The notes beneath the pieces are model-generated. The model did no database searches. It was given only the letters and a program-made list of their open reading frames with translations, and was not told the origin of the DNA. Below are positions 12,301 through 21,100 of a stretch of 64,000 bases of DNA, piece by piece (position 1 is the first letter of the stretch; the number at the start of each line of letters is the position of its first letter). Location of the stretch: IMG/VR virus record IMGVR_UViG_3300032213_001813, positions 1 to 64,000 of that record. One strand, 5' to 3'. The stretch comes from a virus. The translations under genes were made by a program, and so were the position numbers.

Positions 12301-15300
12301 GTAGCCCAATTTGCATTAAATGCACAAAGTATAAACACATCATCATTCTTACTAAATTCAGGTAATCAAAGATTTAGTGGTAGTTTAGTAATAACTGGTA
12401 GTTTAGATATCACCGGTAGTATATATGTTGGCGAATTTTATACTTCTTCTCAATCTCAATTAGTTGTAACTTGGGACCCTGCTACAAAGTTATTACAAAC
12501 AAGAGATGTTCAACAAGCAGCAGGTACATCTGGTACTTCTGGTACTTCTGGTACTTCGGGTACGACTGGTTCGGGTGGTACTTCTGGTACAAGTGGTACA
12601 TCTGGTACGTCTGGAACATCTGGAACATCTGGAGTTGATGGTACATCTGGTTCAAGTGGTACATCTGGAACATCTGGGGTTGATGGTTCTTCTGGTTCAA
12701 GCGGTAGTAGTGGTTCTTCTGGTTCAAGCGGTAGTAGTGGTTCTTCTGGTACATCTGGAACAAGCGGTTCTTCTGGTTCTTCTGGTTCGTCTGGTTCAAC
12801 TGGAACTGATGGAACATCTGGAACTTCTGGAACATCTGGAACGTCTGGAACAAGCGGCACATCTGGTACTTCTGGAACAAGCGGAAGTGGTGGTACATCT
12901 GGAACAAGTGGAAGTAGTGGTAGTACGGGTAGTGCTGGTACATCTGGAACTTCTGGAACATCTGGAACTTCTGGTACAAGTGGTAGTTCTGGTAGTGGTG
13001 GAACATCTGGTACAAGCGGAACAAACGGAACTGCTGGTAGTGGTGGAACTTCGGGTACATCTGGTTCATCGGGAACTACTGGTTCAAGTGGAACATCTGG
13101 AACATCTGGAGTTGATGGTACATCTGGAACTTCTGGAACATCTGGAACATCAGGTTCATCTGGTTCAGCTGGTAGTGGTGGTTCAGCTGGTTCATCTGGA
13201 TTAGATGGAACATCTGGAACAAGCGGTATTGATGGAACTTCTGGAACATCTGGTACTTCTGGAACATCGGGAACTTCTGGTTCATCTGGTACAGCTGGTT
13301 TAGCTGGTTCATCTGGTTCGTCTGGAACATCTGGTACGTCTGGTACAAGCGGTAGTAGTGGTTCAACGGGTTCAAGTGGTACAACAGGTTCATCTGGTAC
13401 ATCTGGAACTTCTGGAACTTCTGGAACATCGGGTAGTAATGGAACTTCTGGTTCAAGTGGAACTTCTGGAACATCAGGAACATCCGGTACTTCTGGTACA
13501 AGCGGTACTTCTGGTACTTCTGGTTCGGATGGTACTTCTGGAACTTCTGGTTCAAGTGGAAGTAGTGGTACGACTGGTTCTGGTGGAACTTCTGGAACAA
13601 GCGGTACATCTGGTACATCTGGAACGGATGGAACTTCTGGTACATCCGGCACTTCTGGTTCGTCTGGTACAAGTGGTGTAGGAACGGATGGAACTTCTGG
13701 TACAAGTGGTACATCTGGTACATCTGGTACTAATGGAACATCTGGTACATCTGGTTCTTCTGGTACGGATGGTTCTGAAGGTACATCTGGTACAAGCGGT
13801 ACTTCTGGTACAAGTGGCACATCTGGTAGTAATGGAACATCTGGGACAAGTGGAAGCAATGGAACATCTGGAACTTCTGGTACAAGCGGAACTTCTGGTA
13901 CAAGCGGAACTTCTGGTACAAGCGGTAGTGATGGAACTTCTGGTACATCTGGATTAGATGGTACAAATGGTAGTGATGGAACTTCAGGAACTTCTGGTTC
14001 ATCTGGAACATCAGCTGAAGGTTCGTCTGGTACAAGCGGTACATCTGGAACAAGCGGAAGTAATGGAACTTCAGGAACTTCTGGTACAGGGGGTACATCT
14101 GGAACTTCTGGAACAAGCGGAGTTGGTACTGATGGAACTTCTGGAACAAGTGGTACAAGCGGTACATCTGGGACAAGTGGAAGTAATGGTACTTCTGGTA
14201 CAAGTGGTATTGATGGAACTTCTGGAACATCTGGTACATCTGGTAAAGATGGAACTTATTTTGGTTCATCTGGAACATCTGGTACATCAGGTGTAAGTGG
14301 TTCATCTGGTGCTAGTGGAAGTAGTGGATTTAGTGGAAGTAGTGGAGTGGCTGGTAAAGATGGTACATCTGGAACAAGCGGTGTAAACGGAACATTCTTT
14401 GGTTCTTCTGGTACGTCTGGTAGTGATGGTACATCTGGTACATCTGTAACGTCTGGTACTTCTGGAACATCTGGAACATCTGGAACATCAGGTAAAGATG
14501 GTACATACTTTGGAAGTAGTGGAACATCTGGAACGTCTGGTACAAGTGGTACATCTGGTTCAAGTGGTACATCTGGCACATCGGGAACATCTGGTTTAAA
14601 TGGTACATTCTTTGGAAGTAGTGGTTCATCTGGAACATCTGGAACATCAGGTACTTCTGGAACAAGCGGAAGTAGTGGAACATCTGGTACTTCTGGTATA
14701 GATGGTACATTTTTTGGTAGTAGTGGTTCTTCTGGTACATCTGGTACTTCTGGAACAAGTGGATTGGATGGTACATCTGGTTCAAGCGGTACATCTGGAA
14801 CTTCGGGTTTAGATGGCACTTTATTTGGAAGTAGTGGTTCATCTGGTACATCTGGAGCTGGTACTTCTGGTACTTCTGGAACAAGCGGAACTTCAGGAAC
14901 TTCGGGACTAAATGGAACTTTCTTTGGTTCATCTGGTACTTCTGGTGTTGATGGTACTATGGGTACGTCTGGTACATCTGGTATTGGTACATCTGGTTCA
15001 AGTGGAACATCTGGTACATCTGGATTAGATGGAACTTTCTTTGGAAGTAGCGGAACTTCGGGAACATCTGGTACGTCTGGAACATCTGGATTTGGCTCTA
15101 ATGGTACTAGTGGAACATCTGGTACATCTGGTACATCTGGTTTAAATGGTACATTCTTTGGAAGTAGTGGTACATCTGGAACATCAGGTTCTTCTGGTTC
15201 ATCTGGTTCAACTGGTACGGATGGTACATCTGGTACATCTGGTACATCTGGTAAAGATGGAACTTATTTTGGTTCATCTGGAACTTCTGGAACTTCTGGT

Positions 15301-16047
15301 AGTGATGGAACTTCTGGTACGTCTGGACAAGGTACAAATGGTACTTCTGGAACTTCTGGTACGTCTGGATTAGATGGTACAAACTTTGGTTCATCTGGTA
15401 CGTCTGGTACTTCTGGTACGTCTGGAGCTGGTACTTCTGGTTCATCTGGTTTGAGTGGTTTCTTAACATTGACAGGAACTACTAATAATGGTGTTATTAC
15501 ATTAGATGGAATTTCACCAAATGGAAATGTTGAGAGTAATTTAACTTTTGATGGAAGTACATTGACGGTAACTGGTAAAATTCAAGCAACTGGACCTGTA
15601 TCAGCATCTGCATTCAATGTTTATACTGGTGGAACTCCTAATTTGACTTCACCAACATCATTAAACATAGTTGCAACTACGGGTGTTAATCTATCGACAA
15701 GTTTAACAACAACTGGATTTACAACATCAACAACTTTTAGAGAAACATATTCTGATTTAGGTAGTGGGGCTGGTGCATCGATTGATTTATCAACTGCAAA
15801 CAACTTTAAAAGAACTTTCACTGGAAATGGTTCAATATCAATCTCAAATGCACCTGCTGGAAAAGCATTTGGATTTACATTATTAACAGTAAACGCAGGG
15901 GCACATTCATTAGCTTGGAGTGGTGTAAATTGGGTAGGTGGTACACCTCCAATTCTAACTTCATCTGGTGAAGATATATTAGTATTTTACACATTCGATG
16001 GTGGCACATCTTATTATGGATTTGTGACCGGATTAGACATGAATTAA
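6370..16047 (+). CDS. Giant tail fibre (3225 aa): ~21 SGS-TAS-P shaft repeats, 2 cupredoxin-like domains, ~980-aa Gly-X-Y block, C-terminal adaptor domain
   Basis: Repeated (R/L)IASGSxTASxxPxxG(F/L)xV units; two GHPFW...YYNCxxHxxMAG motifs; GTS triplets at 12523-15459; C-terminal WVGGTPPILT..DILVFYTFDGGTSYYG typical of fibre adaptor domains. Confidence 0.8.
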   Translation: MAISNLLSGRVRLKGPKNVTSDRYEFVDLSQVEPNFGVPSFSASLVTNPAILVTDSDGNRGFAQKIVLSEITSSFKGIADLSGSFSGSFIGKFSGDGSQLVNVPAVVAPRIASGSATASISPNLGLQINVDTTIAGNLYVSKSIYAESLIVTYISSSIIYSSGSNIFGDNSSDNQQLTGSVGIRDVLTVNSATGSFTGSFKGSANLTGSFTGSFSGSFSGDGSGLVNIPALTSTLIGSGSTTASIAPNTGLVVNTFSTFQFPVSASMFTGSGRGLFDIPESSLAFQINRIASGSVTASIAPNTGLFVNTTVSASAFTGSGEGLFNIPLSAFSAEVYRIASGSVTASVSPNRGFLVEAIASGSTFSGSIAVSGSITIPTGSGFFSGSGAGLTNIPRSALTPDALLTTQLATGSITASVTPETGFLVISIASGSTFSGSVTTVGNITIPTGSGFFSGSGKGLSDIPRSALTQDALLTNEIKSGSVTASVAPNTGFVVNSAQSGSTFIGNVVVSGSVSASFFIGDGSQLLNIPALTATLISSGSVTASVSPNTGFVVTSLESGSRFIGNVVVSGSVSSSFFIGDGSQLFNIPALTATLIASGSVTASVSPNKGFVVTSIASGSIFSGSLFVSGNIVIPTGSGTFSGSGAGLFDIPESALSFKINRIASGSATASISPDRGFSVNTFANFEFPVSASMFTGSGAGLFDLPLSALSQEVFRIASGSVTASALPDRGFVVESVQRGSQISGSVNISGSVTINSSSFFIGDGRFLSNITLANLAIDSTKIFSGSATASISPVEGFNVNVPAFFTNTISASIFSGSGKGLFDIPQSALATEAYRVASGSVTASANPLTGFGINAITTISGSLIVSSSGWELPTSSLNTVFNVVNNGSGEYVFTGAASGSNPTLVLYQNVPYTFNIAATGHPFWIKTTKTTTSLNAYNTGVVGNGAANATITFTPPTGSPNILYYNCEFHASMAGTIIIKEKYQIEPTIKFIGDTIVSGNLYVPSSSYFVGDGRYLSNITLANLAIDSTKIFSGSATASISPVEGFVVNTFSTFQFPVSASMFTGSGKGLFDIPQSALASEVFRIVSGSVTASVAPDKGFLVDSIASGSKFSGSISVSGSVIIPIGGGFFSGSGAGLTNIPRSALTEDALLSNLIASGSATASISPNKGLVVNTFTTISGSFVVSSSARPTPLDELPNTFNVINDGNIAYWFSGAASGSNVNLTVVRGGYYIFNINAIGHPFWINTASAVGNSNGYNAYATNNGASFGTPITLNVPLDAPNTLYYNCQNHLAMAGTINVVDAIYIPSEIKLVGDTRVIGVVTASVFSGSGAGLFNIPRSALTPDALVATLIASGSVTASVDPAYGFKVISRDYSGSQSHNYGIILSGSTIVSGSVNAFTFIGDGSQLQNVVAAASPKIASGSVTASVAPNTGFLVTSIVSGSTFSGSVVVSGSVRAITYFGDGSQLTGVVAEISGDASRIASGSATASISPNGGLISNVPLTIQRNTNFSSSLVVSGSTLLSGSISASLYRGDGGGLFNIPAEALTNLQLDKIQSGSGIAVIDPQKLNVNVTVTASYFAGDGGGLFNIPPEALQDLELDRIQSGSAQAIISPNKGLQVNTDVSITGSLHTTGSMIVSGGNFIAKSGSTFIGDGSGLTNITIANLSFETNILKSGSYTASISPDKGFVVNTSASIYGRTYSDFITTPELTASFAFSPHWSGSFNGIYRFNGAGIIASAEYNTLRYDTARGYYIPQPELSLTETVAFSNASSVTIVHGLDIRYPMVQVYGTGSQDEMILPASILAIDNNTVQVTFSGLTSGHIVIGSGGSLINGTIQADRVIGTVLSSSHAVNANFATIAGSVLGLNTASLEALVSASANAGQFVLNSQTASMTVLSASFARTASYALFAQNASNVDTAAFVQSAQTASMLVGTASLAVSASYALTASHVLGGVLSAEGFVTNAQTASMTVFSSSFASVAQFALNAQSINTSSFLLNSGNQRFSGSLVITGSLDITGSIYVGEFYTSSQSQLVVTWDPATKLLQTRDVQQAAGTSGTSGTSGTSGTTGSGGTSGTSGTSGTSGTSGTSGVDGTSGSSGTSGTSGVDGSSGSSGSSGSSGSSGSSGSSGTSGTSGSSGSSGSSGSTGTDGTSGTSGTSGTSGTSGTSGTSGTSGSGGTSGTSGSSGSTGSAGTSGTSGTSGTSGTSGSSGSGGTSGTSGTNGTAGSGGTSGTSGSSGTTGSSGTSGTSGVDGTSGTSGTSGTSGSSGSAGSGGSAGSSGLDGTSGTSGIDGTSGTSGTSGTSGTSGSSGTAGLAGSSGSSGTSGTSGTSGSSGSTGSSGTTGSSGTSGTSGTSGTSGSNGTSGSSGTSGTSGTSGTSGTSGTSGTSGSDGTSGTSGSSGSSGTTGSGGTSGTSGTSGTSGTDGTSGTSGTSGSSGTSGVGTDGTSGTSGTSGTSGTNGTSGTSGSSGTDGSEGTSGTSGTSGTSGTSGSNGTSGTSGSNGTSGTSGTSGTSGTSGTSGTSGSDGTSGTSGLDGTNGSDGTSGTSGSSGTSAEGSSGTSGTSGTSGSNGTSGTSGTGGTSGTSGTSGVGTDGTSGTSGTSGTSGTSGSNGTSGTSGIDGTSGTSGTSGKDGTYFGSSGTSGTSGVSGSSGASGSSGFSGSSGVAGKDGTSGTSGVNGTFFGSSGTSGSDGTSGTSVTSGTSGTSGTSGTSGKDGTYFGSSGTSGTSGTSGTSGSSGTSGTSGTSGLNGTFFGSSGSSGTSGTSGTSGTSGSSGTSGTSGIDGTFFGSSGSSGTSGTSGTSGLDGTSGSSGTSGTSGLDGTLFGSSGSSGTSGAGTSGTSGTSGTSGTSGLNGTFFGSSGTSGVDGTMGTSGTSGIGTSGSSGTSGTSGLDGTFFGSSGTSGTSGTSGTSGFGSNGTSGTSGTSGTSGLNGTFFGSSGTSGTSGSSGSSGSTGTDGTSGTSGTSGKDGTYFGSSGTSGTSGSDGTSGTSGQGTNGTSGTSGTSGLDGTNFGSSGTSGTSGTSGAGTSGSSGLSGFLTLTGTTNNGVITLDGISPNGNVESNLTFDGSTLTVTGKIQATGPVSASAFNVYTGGTPNLTSPTSLNIVATTGVNLSTSLTTTGFTTSTTFRETYSDLGSGAGASIDLSTANNFKRTFTGNGSISISNAPAGKAFGFTLLTVNAGAHSLAWSGVNWVGGTPPILTSSGEDILVFYTFDGGTSYYGFVTGLDMN
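12523..15459 (+). repeat. Gly-Thr/Ser-Ser triplet repeat (collagen-like), 979 codons, 9-nt periodicity
   Basis: Directly visible GGN-ACN-TCN/AGY repeats in frame with the fibre. Confidence 0.95.
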
Positions 16048-16052
16048 GAGTT

Positions 16053-16955
16053 ATGGGAATATTTAGAAGATTAACATCATCAGGGGCTGGAAGTGAATTG
16101 TTTCCATTTAAGGTTACAATAACAACTACAACTGCTAACAGAGCATTTAGATTACCTATTTTTGATTATGAGGGATTGACTCCTAGTTTTGTTGTGGATT
16201 GGGGAGATAGTAGTAGTGATGTCATAACTTCATCTTCGGATGCAGCATTAACACATAATTATGTATCCATAGGTTCATATACAATAAGTATAAGTGGGTT
16301 TATGCCCGCATTTACTGTAAATAATAGTGTATCTAATCGTAGTTTATACACTGCTATTGTACAATTTGGTATAAATGGATTAAGAAGATTAAACTTTCAA
16401 GGATGTAATCTTTTAACATCAATTCCATCATCCGCATCTTTATCGGCAGTTGGTGGGTATGATGGTTTGGATGAAATAATTGATTGGACGGCATTCATGT
16501 CAAGAACTGGATTAACAACAATCCCATCGGATATGTTTAATTATTCTCCAAATTCACAATTAATCAATTCAGCATTTTCATTTACACCAATAACTTCAGT
16601 TCCTTCTGGTTTGTTTAATAACATACCATTGGCAGTTGATTTTACATCTACATTTTATGGATGTACATCATTAACAACTGTACCTTTGACTTTATTTGAT
16701 TTATGTCCCGATGTAGTAAACTTTTCGCAAACATTTAGACAATGTGCGGCAATAACATCTGGTGTAATTCAATTTACCTTTAATACTTCGGTTTCAACTT
16801 TTCAAAATGTGTATTATATGAGTTCAACTACAAATAGTATTAGTGGAACTGCTCCTACAATTTGGTTAAGAACACCAACACCTTTTGGAACTGGTGCATT
16901 TAGGAATTGTACTGGATTAACTAACTTTGCATCAATACCATCAACTTTCAAATAA
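16053..16955 (+). CDS. PKD-like plus BspA-type leucine-rich-repeat protein, putative receptor-binding tip
   Basis: VVDWGD motif followed by ~24-26-aa repeats (ITSVPSGLFNNIPLAVDFTSTFYGCTSLTTVPLTLFDLCPDVVNFSQTFRQC). It directly follows the fibre adaptor domain. Confidence 0.6.
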   Translation: MGIFRRLTSSGAGSELFPFKVTITTTTANRAFRLPIFDYEGLTPSFVVDWGDSSSDVITSSSDAALTHNYVSIGSYTISISGFMPAFTVNNSVSNRSLYTAIVQFGINGLRRLNFQGCNLLTSIPSSASLSAVGGYDGLDEIIDWTAFMSRTGLTTIPSDMFNYSPNSQLINSAFSFTPITSVPSGLFNNIPLAVDFTSTFYGCTSLTTVPLTLFDLCPDVVNFSQTFRQCAAITSGVIQFTFNTSVSTFQNVYYMSSTTNSISGTAPTIWLRTPTPFGTGAFRNCTGLTNFASIPSTFK

Positions 16956-16956
16956 T

Positions 16957-17400
16957 ATGTATTTAAGAATAATAGATAATGAAATAACATACCCATACTC
17001 TTTAAAACAATTTAGAGTGGATAATAAGACTTATACATTTCCGTTAAACATACCAACTGAAATATTAAGTGATTTTGGTGTATTTGAGGTCACACAAACC
17101 CAAAAACCAAACGATTATACTAAAAACATATCCGAAGGAACTCCAACTTTAACGAATGGTGTATATTACCAAAACTGGGTTCAGATAGATGCTTCTAATT
17201 CTGAAAAAGAATTAAGATTAGCAATAAAATGGAGTGAAATTAGAGAATTAAGAAATCAGTTATTATCAGAATGTGATTGGACACAATTAGGGGATGTTTC
17301 TGAAAGTATTAGGACTTCCTACCAATCATATAGACAAGACTTGAGAGATATTTCATCTCAATCAGACCCTTTCAGTATAGTTTGGCCGGAGAAACCATAA
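16957..17400 (+). CDS. Tail fibre assembly chaperone
   Basis: C-terminal WSEIRELRNQLLSECDWTQL...YRQDLRDISSQSDPFSIVWPEKP signature. ATG 16957 immediately after the upstream TAA is preferred over the track start at 16927. Confidence 0.8.
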   Translation: MYLRIIDNEITYPYSLKQFRVDNKTYTFPLNIPTEILSDFGVFEVTQTQKPNDYTKNISEGTPTLTNGVYYQNWVQIDASNSEKELRLAIKWSEIRELRNQLLSECDWTQLGDVSESIRTSYQSYRQDLRDISSQSDPFSIVWPEKP

Positions 17401-17415
17401 AAGATAGATAACTTA

Positions 17416-17423
17416 TATTTATA
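17416..17423 (+). promoter_or_regulatory. TATTTATA candidate late promoter
   Basis: 23 nt before ATG 17447. Confidence 0.5.
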
Positions 17424-17446
17424 TCTATAACATTACAAACTATTAA

Positions 17447-17776
17447 ATGAAAATACAAAGTCCTATATTTTCGGGTTCGATAATTCAATCGGCAAATGCC
17501 TACGCAAATTTAAGTGGTTCATTCACTGGGTCTTTTACTGGTTCATTTAAAGGTGAAATTGAAGTAGCTGCAGCAACTTTTGAAAATTTAGTAGTAACAA
17601 GAACTTTAACTCTTGGAACTTTTTCAAATGATAGACAGAGAATTACTGGTTCTGTGTTTATAAGTGGTTCTGAAAGAGTACAAGGAAGTGTAAATGTAGT
17701 TGATGGAGGACAATTTCAAGTAGATGGTGTAAATGTATTAGATACCGCATTAGCTTTTGCTATTGCATTAGGATAA
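17447..17776 (+). CDS. Small virion/fibre-associated protein
   Basis: Shares SGSFTGSFTGSFKG and ND.Q.ITGSV segments with the fibres; ends ALAFAIALG. Confidence 0.6.
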   Translation: MKIQSPIFSGSIIQSANAYANLSGSFTGSFTGSFKGEIEVAAATFENLVVTRTLTLGTFSNDRQRITGSVFISGSERVQGSVNVVDGGQFQVDGVNVLDTALAFAIALG

Positions 17777-17782
17777 AAAAAG

Positions 17783-18115
17783 ATGGCAAACATATTTAAA
17801 AATAGTATAACTGGTTCAATAGGTTCAACGGGAGTTGGAGTCTACACTGTACCATCGGCAACTACAACAACGGTAATTGGTGTAAATGTGGCTAATGTGG
17901 CTTCACAAAACATATCAGTTAGTGTAATGTTGAGAGATACTTCGGCAAATAAAGCAGTATTTTTAGTAAAAGATGCTTTAATTGTACAAGGTGGTTCAAC
18001 AGTATTAGTTGGTGGGGAGCAAAAAGTGGTAATGGAAGCAAGTGATTTACTTTCGGTAACATCATCATTGGCTAATTCAGCAGATGTGATTGTTTCAATA
18101 TTAGAATTAACATAA
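17783..18115 (+). CDS. Small virion protein (MANIFKNS family)
   Basis: 110-aa beta-rich protein of a type common next to myovirus fibre genes; paralogue of 5431..6303. Confidence 0.6.
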   Translation: MANIFKNSITGSIGSTGVGVYTVPSATTTTVIGVNVANVASQNISVSVMLRDTSANKAVFLVKDALIVQGGSTVLVGGEQKVVMEASDLLSVTSSLANSADVIVSILELT

Positions 18116-18132
18116 AATAAAAATATAATTGA

Positions 18133-21100
18133 ATGGAGTTCAACGGTAAAAGTCCTAATGGGTTAAATCAGTTAAGTGCAAGTTTAGTATCACTTTTTGT
18201 AAGTGGTGGAGCTGTAATTAATGTATCACCCCAATCGGTAAATGTTTTAACAGATATTACAGCATCTGGGGTTCAAACTTCGGAAATAAATCCATCTGTT
18301 GGTGGAACGTTATCCATTCAAGGAAATACAAAAATAACAGGTTCATTATTAGTATCATCATCAATTTCCGCATCTTCAGTAGTTGCAAATACTTTAGTTG
18401 GTGATGGTAGTGGAATAACAAATATACCAGCATCATCAATTGGTGATATTGATAGAATTAAATCAGGTTCAGTACAAACAATAATCTCACCAAACAAAGG
18501 GTTAGAAGTACAAACATCATTGACAGTAAAAGACTTTTTAGTTGTAACTGGTAGTGGTATTTTTAGAGGAGATTTGAGTGTAGCTGGTACAATTAATACA
18601 ACTGAATTAAAAGCAACTTATATATCTGCTTCAATTATTTTCGCAAGTGGAAGTAACAAATTTGGTGATAATGTAGTTGATAAGCATGAATTTACTGGAA
18701 GTGTTGGTATTAGTGGTTCAATATTTGTAACCGGAAATACAATTGCAACTGATATTACTACCGATGAGGTATTAGTATTAAACACAACCACAGGTAGAAT
18801 TGGTAGAAAGTTTGCAGCTGCATCTTCTGGTACTTCTGGAACAAGCGGTACATCTGGTACAACTGGTTCAAGCGGTACAACTGGTTCAAGCGGTACAACT
18901 GGTTCTGAAGGTACTTCTGGAACAAGTGGTACATCTGGTAGTGGGGGAACATCTGGTACTTCTGGTAGTGGGGGAACATCTGGTACTTCTGGAACAAGCG
19001 GTACATCTGGTACGTCTGGTTCTTCGGGAACAACTGGTTCTTCTGGTTCTTCTGGAACATCAGCAACAAGCGGTACATCTGGTTCGTCTGGAACAAGTGG
19101 AAGTGGTGGAACATCTGGAACAAGTGGAAGTGGTGGTTCTTCAGGTACTTCTGGTTCAAGCGGAAGTAGTGGTTCATCAGGTACAACTGGTTCATCAGGT
19201 ACAACTGGTTCATCAGGTACAACTGGTTCATCGGGTACAACGGGTTCATCGGGCACAACGGGTTCAAGTGGTATTTCTGGAACAAGTGGAACAAGTGGAA
19301 CATCAGGTACATCTGGAACTTCTGGAACAAGTGGTATAACTGGAGCTGGTGGTTCATCTGGTTCATCGGGTTCATCTGGAAGTAGTGGTAGTGGGGGAAC
19401 AACAGGTTCATCTGGTACATCTGGAAGTGGTGGTAGTGGTGGAACATCTGGAACATCAGGTACTTCTGGTTCAAGTGGTATAACTGGTGCCGGTGGTGGA
19501 GCTGGTACTGCTGGTAGTGGTGGTACATCTGGTTCATCTGGAACAAGCGGTACATCTGGAACAAGTGGTACATCGGGAACTTCTGGTGTAAGTGGTAGTA
19601 GTGGAACATCAGGTACATCTGGTTCAAGCGGAACAATGGGAACTGCTGGTAGTGGTGGTACATCTGGAACATCGGGTACTTCTGGTACAAGCGGTACTTC
19701 TGGTAGTTATGGTACATCTGGAACAAGTGGTAGTAGTGGAACTTCAGGAACAAGCGGTACTTCTGGTACTTCTGGTTCGGCTGGTGCAACTGGTTCTTCT
19801 GGTTCAGCTGGTACATCGGGAACTTCTGGAACATCTGGAGCATTATCTATTACTGGGACAACTGATAATGGTGTAATTACTCTTAATGGTTCATCTCCAA
19901 ACGTAACTGCGGAAGCTAATCTTACATTTGATGGTACTACATTAACGGTAACTGGAAACGAAACCCTTAGTGGTAACTTAACTGTTGGTGGTACAATCAG
20001 AGCACAACAAATATTTGTACAATACATTTCCGCATCTTTAATTTACGCATCTGGTTCAAACAAATTTGGTGATGCAACAAATGATAAGCAAGAATTTAGT
20101 GGAAGTGTTGATATTAGAGATTCATTAGCAATTCCAGCATTCGCAACAAACCCTGTTGGAACAAAAGCTGGACAAATATATTACAACACAGGTGATACAA
20201 ACATATATCGATACAATGGTACAACTTGGTTAGCAGCAGCTGGTACTTCTGGTTCTGGTGGTACTTCTGGTACTTCGGGTACAAGCGGTAGTAGTGGAAG
20301 TAGTGGTACTTCAGGTACAAGCGGAACATCTGGTACTTCTGGAACTTCTGGTGTAAGTGGTTCTGCTGGAAGTAGTGGTACTTCAGGTACAAGCGGAACT
20401 TCTGGAACATCTGGTACTTCTGGAACAAGCGGAACATCTGGTACTTCTGGAACAAGCGGTACTTCTGGTACTTCTGGTTCAAGCGGTACAATGGGAACGG
20501 CTGGTAGTGGTGGTTCATCTGGAAGTAGTGGTTCATCTGGAAGTAGTGGTTCATCTGGAAGTAGTGGTTCATCTGGAAGTAGTGGTGGAGCTGGCGTACC
20601 TGGTTCTCCCGGTACGCCGGGTGCATCTGGTTCATCGGGTTCTTCTGGAACTTCTGGAACTTCTGGAACAAGCGGTACAAGCGGAAGTAGTGGTTCATCT
20701 GGTAGTAGTGGTACATCTGGAACTTCTGGAACAAGCGGAACATCTGGAACGTCTGGTACATCGGGAACTTCTGGAACATCTGGTACATCGGGAACATCTG
20801 GTTCTTCTGGTTCATCTGGAACTTCAGGAGCAAATGCTGGTATTACCTCATTTACAAACCCTGCTGATAATAGAGTATTAACTGCGGTAAGTGCAAATAC
20901 AATTAATGCAGAAGCTAATTTAACATTTGATGGTAGTACATTGCTTGTTTCTGGAGATGTAACCGCAACCGCATATTATAACGCACAAGCAAGTAGTGGA
21001 TATAGATTAAGAAACGCAGGAAATACTGCAAACGTTGGTGGATTTACTCGTAGAGGATTATGGGAAGGTAATGCAAATTATGACCCAAGTTTGTGGGCTG

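Noticed and set aside
12523-15459. Possible CRISPR array or satellite DNA
   Set aside because: No constant repeat with unique spacers; variation is at synonymous positions of an in-frame coding repeat.
12482-15469. Long antisense and alternate-frame ORFs (poly VPDVP, MFQ/YQ, LEHL) over the first Gly-X-Y block
   Set aside because: They are by-products of the 9-nt GGN-ACN-TCN periodicity, which lacks stops in other frames; low-complexity, with no promoter or start context.
18618-20881. Similar shadow ORFs over the second fibre
   Set aside because: Same repeat-driven artefact.
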